This document shows, one piece after another, positions 56,595 to 64,000 of a DNA stretch of 64,000 nt; within the stretch, counting starts at the first letter, position 1; every line of letters begins with the position of its first letter. The position numbers were made by a program, and so were the translations under genes. Under the pieces are notes generated by a model. The model had not been told where the DNA came from, did not search any database, and was given only the letters and a program-made list of their open reading frames with translations. The DNA is from Octopus vulgaris. Its lineage: Eukaryota. Where the stretch lies: positions 80,290,001 to 80,354,000 of the forward strand of contig OX597817.1 in the NCBI GenBank assembly GCA_951406725.2. Reading direction: 5' to 3'.

Positions 56595-56765
56595 GGCGTA
56601 GAAATGACTGAGTGGTAATTTTGCTTCAGAATCACATTGTTCCGGGCTCAGCCACGCTGCGTGGTAGCTTCGGCAACTGATTTCTACTATTGCCACAAGC
56701 CGACCAAGGCTTTGTGACCGGATTTGGCAGACGAAACTGAATGAAGCCCGAAACTGAATGAAGTA
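56595..56765 (+). mobile_element. SINE family C head
   Basis: GGCGTAG..TGAGTGGTAA...CCGACCAAGGCTTTGTGA..GGATTTGGCAGACGAAACTGAA. Confidence 0.7.
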
Positions 56766-56886
56766 TATATATATACGTGCGTAAGTCGCCTAAAAGTCTA
56801 TAAATCAGGAAAAAGCACTCGTATATCTGTCAACAGAGTGGTATATTATCCAAAGTGTACAGTATTATATATCCATCATGACTGAT

Positions 56887-56969
56887 ATTACCAGTCGGTT
56901 TCGCGCTAGGGGTACAACTGAATGTCAAGTAAAAATCCGATTATATGACCTACGTTCATCAGAGGTAAC
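56887..56969 (-). ncRNA. Degenerate type I hammerhead within a short element (about 56780-56975)
   Basis: GTTACCT-CTGATGA-ACGTAGG...CCTAGCGC-GAAA-CCGAC-TGGTAAT; core intact, cleavage-site U missing. Confidence 0.65.
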
Positions 56970-56999
56970 CGGTATGAAATGAGTGTGTGTGTTTCTGTG

Positions 57000-57250
57000 G
57001 ACAAAGTGCCTGGGGGACCTACACAAAGTGGATGGAGGTGTTTTCATCGCAGAAATGGATCTCTTCCAGTCGAGAGTCTCAGATGAACTTAACATGCGGC
57101 AGGAGGCGGAAAAGAGTGCAGCGATATCAAACTCCATGATCCACCAAATTCCACATATTAGAGGAAGCTCTCGGTAATAACAGTGTAGCAAAACGGTAGT
57201 GCCCCACCATGGCTGCAGCTTTGAACTGAAACGGATAAAAGATAAAAGAT
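57000..57250 (+). mobile_element. CR1/L2-group LINE extreme 3' end
   Basis: Homologous to 38850-39085 (DLHKVDGGVF..MDLF..VSDE; AACTCCATGATCCACCAAAT; GTGCCCCACCATGGCTGCAG). Confidence 0.75.
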
Positions 57251-58491
57251 GCACACACACACACACATATATATATGCGTGTATGTGTGTGTGTGTGTTT
57301 GTGTGTATTTATGTATGTATCTATACATCTATGTCATTGTAAATGTGTCTCTTCCTTCAATGCGGTACCCCAGTATGGCTACTGTTCAATGAGTGAAACA
57401 AGTAATAGTTAACATATATTATTATATTTAACTATAAAAGTAAAATTTTACTTTATGTTTATTGTTCTTTAGACAATGCTAAAACGAACGTCTGAGATTT
57501 TTAAGCATTCGTTACAACTTAGGTCTCTGTGTATACGAGCGTTTTATAAATGATGCACACCTCAAGATTTGAATCTCTGCCGTTCCGACTGCATGTTATC
57601 AAGTTCATAATATTTTGATTTCTCCCTTGAAGAAAAGGAGCAGAAGAGACGTTTTCTGATGTTGAATCATTGCTCTTACATTGGAATTTAGTGAACCTCT
57701 ATTAGATATTCATATATGTATACTTTGCATGCATATACGCATGGTTAAAGATACTCACGGATGATTACAGGCGGAAATATCATTTCATGTGAAGATCCGC
57801 CTGTTTTGACTTGCGCACACATACTTAGCCCCATGTTGGAATATCTTCACACATGTAAAGCCCTTCTTACGAACTAAACTTCTGAAAGGTTTCACATATT
57901 TTACAACGCCTTTGATGTTTTGAAGTAAAACATATTCAAATTAGTCAAGTTCTTTCTGGTTTCACAGGACTTGTCCTGAAGCAAGTATCTGTTCAAAATT
58001 GGTGCTGCAGCAAATAGTTTCGTACCAAAGATGTTCAATAATTATAGGTAGAGATCTAAACTATTGTCTGTACGAAACGACTATAGAATTCTCGTGTGTA
58101 TCCTCATAAACAACTCAGAAATTCAATGTAAAGGCATAAAATAAAATGAAAATATGTAAAGAATATGTTGAAATAATTCTTATGTTATCAGTCAATACAA
58201 TGTTTTTCTATATCATATTGCACCACAGCATACCACACGATCACACCACGAAATACATCGACATACTAGGATATACAATAACCAACCATACCATAGCATA
58301 TCCTGCCACACAATACCATCCTACACCATATTATGCCATAACGTACCATGGTACACTGTGCTTCACCATACCTGGATATTGTAAATTGAACCAAAATCTG
58401 AATCGAGAGACATTGGTAGTGAGAGAAAGTGGGGATAGGAGAAAAGAGAAAAAATATATACATACATACACAGACAAGCACATACGCACAC

Positions 58492-58533
<42 letters not shown>

Positions 58534-58541
58534 TTATATAC

Positions 58542-58622
<81 letters not shown>

Positions 58623-59347
58623 TATACGTATATACATTACATTTGTATAAGCACATACGTAGATATACATATACGCATACATATACACATACACACATGT
58701 ATATATATATATATATATATATACATACATACATATATATGCATGTGTATATGTGTATATATAAAAAGGTATATATAAGTGTGTGTGAATCTATCTATCT
58801 ACATATAGATAAATAGATAGATAGGTACATCTATACTTACGAACACACAGAGAGTGAGGAAGAGAGGGTGAAGGAGAGAGTGAGAGAGAGGGTGAATGAC
58901 TGAGAAAACGAAAGAAAAATACTGAAAATGAAATAGAAAGCGCGTAAAGAAGATGGCGGTGGGGAGAGAAAGAGATAGGAAAACAACACAAATTGAATGT
59001 GAATGCAGTATTTTGATGAAAAGAAGTGTTTATTGACATTCATTGGCCTGTCAAAAAGCCAATGGAAGATAGAGAATCTGATACCTAAATATTTACTAAA
59101 ATTTATTTTTGCGATGCAAAAAGTATTATGTTTTCATCGACTTATATGTCTATAACAACGAAACAACGACATTATTTTATTTATTTTTTGAAATTATTTT
59201 TCTTATAGTTATACTTTTTATTTTCGTACTTTCCCTAAGATTCCACACCCTCCCTTAATCACATACCCCCACAACCGGTAGTAACTACAGCTACAACAAC
59301 AACAACAGCATTTTGGCCAATATTAGTTGTTTAATATATATATATAC

Positions 59348-59391
<44 letters not shown>

Positions 59392-59444
59392 GCCTAGCTA
59401 CCTATTTATCTATCTATCTATCTATCTATCTATTTATCTATCTA

Positions 59445-59533
<89 letters not shown>

Positions 59534-60004
59534 TATAGTTCTAGTCGTTGTTTCTCATTACATTGTGTTTTTAGAGAAGGTGGGTGAATAATACTCTGTA
59601 TTTACACCAAGAACAATTGCTGTCACAAACAGGCCTAGCTATAGTGCATTGCGTTGCATAGTATTGCAATCCTCCTTTTCGTCCTTCCCTGCTCTACGCA
59701 CACATAACTAATGCAATCACAAAGAAGAAAATACATCATCAAGTTCCAAAAACTCTCACTCAGACTTGAAATATCTTTGTCTTCGTTTGAAGTTTCGTTT
59801 GGCTTGTCTATATTCTTTAGATTTGTAGTTTCTGTTTGTTTTCTTTTCGATTTTCTTCTTTTGTTTTCTTCTCTCTCTATTTTTATTATTTTTTTTAGGC
59901 GGTTGATGGAAGGGTACCATTTTATTCGTTTGGCTTCGAATTGTTTTGTATTGTTTTGTTCTAATTTGTTTATGTTATCCATTTCAACCGTGTAGGTGCT
60001 TATG

Positions 60005-60138
<134 letters not shown>

Positions 60139-60195
60139 AAGATAGATAGACAGACAGACCGACAGACAAATACATAGATAGACCTAGAGATAGAC

Positions 60196-60296
<101 letters not shown>

Positions 60297-60630
60297 CACA
60301 GCCACAAACGCAGGCAGATACACACAGAGACAGATAGACGCATTGGCAGACAGGCAGACAGACTGGTATATAGATTAGATAGATGGCTAGACTGATGGTA
60401 GCCATATAGATAGATTAAAATTATTGAGAAGGATTCTGTTAGCAAAAGAGTTATGGGATAATGAGTTCTGAGAATATGCAGGTTAAGATAATGTGATAGA
60501 ATTATGTATGAGTGTGTGTGTGTGTGTGTGAGTGTGTGTATGTGAGCCTGTGTGTGCGCGCATGTGTGAGTGTGTGTGTGTGTGTGTGTATGTGTGTGTG
60601 TGTGTGTGTGTGTATATGTATGTGTATATA

Positions 60631-60843
60631 CGAGGGGATGCCCAAATGTTCCTGGCTTTGAGTAAAATAAACTAGAGGAGGATCTGTTAATTATGATTTT
60701 ATTCAACATATTCCCCTCTCAGATTCACACACTTATTGGAGCGGTCCTTCAGTTTTTCTAAGCCCAGTAAAAGAACTCGGAAGGTTGGGCCGCCAATCAG
60801 GCTTTTCGCGAACCCTTAAAACCAGGAACGTTTCAGCACCCAC
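60631..60843. mobile_element. Mariner-derived MITE
   Basis: TA-CGAGGGG..GTTCCTGG / CCAGGAAC..CAGCACCC inverted ends; the minus strand retains [20 protein letters not shown]. Confidence 0.8.
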
Positions 60844-60959
60844 TTCTATATTACAAAGAATCTTACATTTGTTCATGTATATAGTTATTTAAATGTATAA
60901 AAGTGTACACATAAGGAGACATTATGTGTAGAAAATGAGATTTCATATACATATTGTGC

Positions 60960-61077
<118 letters not shown>

Positions 61078-61142
61078 TATATATGTATATATACATATGT
61101 GTACATGTATATATATATATGTGTGTGAGTATATATATACAA

Positions 61143-61173
<31 letters not shown>

Positions 61174-61869
61174 TACAGAGACAGAATGATATATATGTAT
61201 GTACGTATATCTATTTGTAGGTAGCAAATGACAGAGATCAAAATTGGAATATACGAGAAATTTTGTTGCTCACAACGATCGTTTCGACCCATCTTGTCTT
61301 TGTACCAGTATTGTATTTGTCCTCCACCACTACCCGACAACACTGTTTACTTCCACATAATTTAATGGTTCGCAAAAGAAACTGCTAGTATAACTCCAAC
61401 CTTAAAGATACGCTTTGGATTTGATCTGCTCAACTAAACTCTTGAAAACAGTGTCTGAGCCTGGTCGCAATCCAATGACTTAAACAAGTAAAAGTTAAAA
61501 GATGTGTCTCTTGTCTCACTTTAAAGATAAATATGGTTTGTGGCTTTTAAATATATTTTGAATGAACCAGATCATTAAAGCCTTCGGATATTGTTCGTTT
61601 TTTAAGAGAAATATCTTAAATATGAGAAGGATGCAATTGTCAAAATTGAACTGTCTCATTTTGAAAGAGAAACTGTGATTTTTCTACGGTTTTTGTGTGT
61701 GTGTGTCTGTGTGTGTGTCTGTTTGTGTGTGTGGTTTGAACGAATCTGAGGTTCATACACGTCCGAAATCTCTTGTTCTGAAGGCAATATTTTGCCTCCA
61801 AAGTGAAACAAGTGTAATGGTAAGGATTTAGCCTTATTTCTCATGATATTCCTTTATTCAAATGAAGAA

Positions 61870-62200
61870 ATTCATAATCTAACGTACCACAGAAAGAGGA
61901 GACGAATAGAAACAAGCAACAGTTGGTAACACAGACAGAAAAAATAAAATAAAGGAAAAGAATTCCTATATACAATCCAGCTTCTTTATTCCAAATAAAA
62001 ATAATTATGCTTTTAACAAGGATAATATTCTGTCAAGTACTTGTATAAATTTCTCTCGTACAAAACGGTTTAGAACTTTTAAGAATGACTCAAGATGCAG
62101 GAAGATGCAACCTCTGCATCATTAGTGGAAGACAATAGAATCAGTAGAACGCAGAAGAGAATCGTTAAACAAAAACAATCGATAATTTTTTTTCTTAATA
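61870..62200 (+). pseudogene. Possible very old Penelope-like GIY-YIG remnant
   Basis: GRCNLCII followed, frameshifted, by ...SLNKNN, resembling the CNLC...LN.R.E C-terminal motif. Confidence 0.35.
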
Positions 62201-62286
62201 AATCTGTAATTGGCTGGGAAGTAGTTTCTTTCATGATCACAAAGACATAATTATAACTGTCGTCCCGAGCACTATGAGTATTATTA

Positions 62287-62353
<67 letters not shown>

Positions 62354-62367
62354 CATCATCATCATCA

Positions 62368-62412
<45 letters not shown>

Positions 62413-62461
62413 GTTATTATTTTTATTTCATCATAGCATGCTTTCACTTCACTACCGAGCG

Positions 62462-62530
<69 letters not shown>

Positions 62531-62557
62531 CATTATTATTATTATTATTATTATTAA

Positions 62558-62588
<31 letters not shown>

Positions 62589-63312
62589 GTTGTTGTTGTT
62601 GTTGTTAAGTTCATTTTCATTTTTATCATTATAAAATTCAACATCATCGTTGACGTCATTACCATAATCGTAATCATAATCACCGATGTTGTTGTCGTCG
62701 TCTTTACCATTACCATAATTACGATCGGTTCTGTCGTTGTCGAAATCATCATCGTCGTCGTCGTCGTCGTCATCATCGTCATAGCAATGCTAGTGGTCGT
62801 CATAGTTACAGTCATTAATGTAATCCTCATCATGAGGACAATTTCCAAAACCCACTCGTACAACACCGACCAACACGAAATACTCATAATCCAACGTGGT
62901 TGCTCGATTACCGAAGTAGCAGCGAAATTTAATTCAAATCGTGTTCCCCCTTACCTCCCGAAAGAAATGATAAATAAGGAGACATTGAATGACAGAGTCC
63001 TACATAAAATAGTTAATTTAAAGTTCTTAATGGAAATAATTAAGCAATTAGGGGAAAACAATATCTATTATTATCATTATTATTATTTTTTTTCTTTCTT
63101 CAAATTTTCTTCCGTTTCTTGCCGGGTGTTTTCCGTACACCTAGGGCAGCGAAGCTCATTGTATCCATTCCCAGATTGCACACGCAAGTTCACAGGTAAA
63201 ATATCTATTTAAAAAATGAATAAATAAATAAATTCATGAAAGGATGTTGTTTTCACAGCGATAATGCTTTTCTCAGTACATGAGCCGTTCCAGTTAACAC
63301 GATACATGAGCC

Positions 63313-63446
<134 letters not shown>

Positions 63447-63493
63447 AATCATCATCATCATCATCATCATTATTATTATTATTATTATTATTA

Positions 63494-64000
63494 ATTTTAT
63501 CTCAGCTTTTGCTATAACTCTTGTAGTCTTGCATGCGTAGCGGGCTTGATGCCTGAAGCCTACGGTACCATGCTATCTGTTCTTTTCAACTATTTGATAC
63601 TTACCAGATTATTCTGGCCGTGCCAAGGAGGCAAACATTTTGTAACAGTTCTACTGGGCACTCTATTCCAATTTCTTTTATATTCCTCTTGATGCCTTCA
63701 GATACCGTTCCCAAGGAACCAACAATCCCCTTCTTCATCCCCTTTCAACATCCACTTCTCTACCCAAAGTGTTAACATTCGTTTTCTATAGCCCCTTCTT
63801 TTAGGTTCACTTGCATCACTATCCTGTCTTCTCCGTCGGTCCACTTCCTCCTCCTTGCTTTATTATCTGCTGGTGCTTTATTAAGAAAACAGCTGTGGTA
63901 AGTCTGAGTCTGTACTGGACCAGCGAGAGACCTTCACTTAAAGGTCCCGCTTTCTTTTCGATGTTACACTCAGAGTTTCTTCGGAAACTCCTGTCTCTCA
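63494..64000 (-). mobile_element. Internally deleted R4/Dong element ending in (TAA)n
   Basis: Myb-like N-terminus RRRKWTDGEDRIVM...PKRRGYRKRMLTLWVEK fused near 63735 to C-terminal IVGSLGTV...VELLQNVCLLGTARII; the 3' end abuts the trinucleotide tract 63313-63493. Confidence 0.8.

Noticed and set aside
57767-57804. 9-bp hairpin ACAGGCGGA/TCCGCCTGT
   Set aside because: Isolated, with no catalytic core or second copy; could be chance.
62274-63212. 312-aa ORF with a weakly HTH-like segment (RGCSITEVAAKF)
   Set aside because: Mostly trinucleotide repeat; the unique part is too short to assign.

Overview
Eukaryotic, AT-rich and almost entirely repetitive DNA. The tRNA-derived SINEs and very dense (TA)n/(TAA)n/(GATA)n/(CA)n/(GAA)n microsatellites suggest a cephalopod, probably Octopus (inference). 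I can support no intact host gene, and nearly all ORFs in the track are microsatellite translations. The recognisable coding remnants are all mobile elements: several R4/Dong-clade (RLE) LINE fragments, two DD37D-type (maT) Tc1/mariner elements, mariner and hAT MITE-like pieces, a Penelope-like (GIY-YIG) remnant and CR1-like 3' ends. The main finding is a set of at least five sequence-unrelated small non-coding elements that each fold by eye into a type I hammerhead ribozyme with a short palindromic stem III (20.1, 29.0/29.5, 40.4, 54.6/55.05 and 56.9 kb). Four of them adjoin (TA)n runs, and three form head-to-head inverted pairs. One has a ~361-nt terminally redundant monomer with a U3-A8 covariant core, resembling a circular-RNA retrozyme. 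Another is a tRNA-headed SINE carrying a hammerhead. A second microsatellite-targeting system, Dong LINEs plus a ~600-bp non-coding passenger, occupies (TAA)n. All structures were paired manually and are untested.
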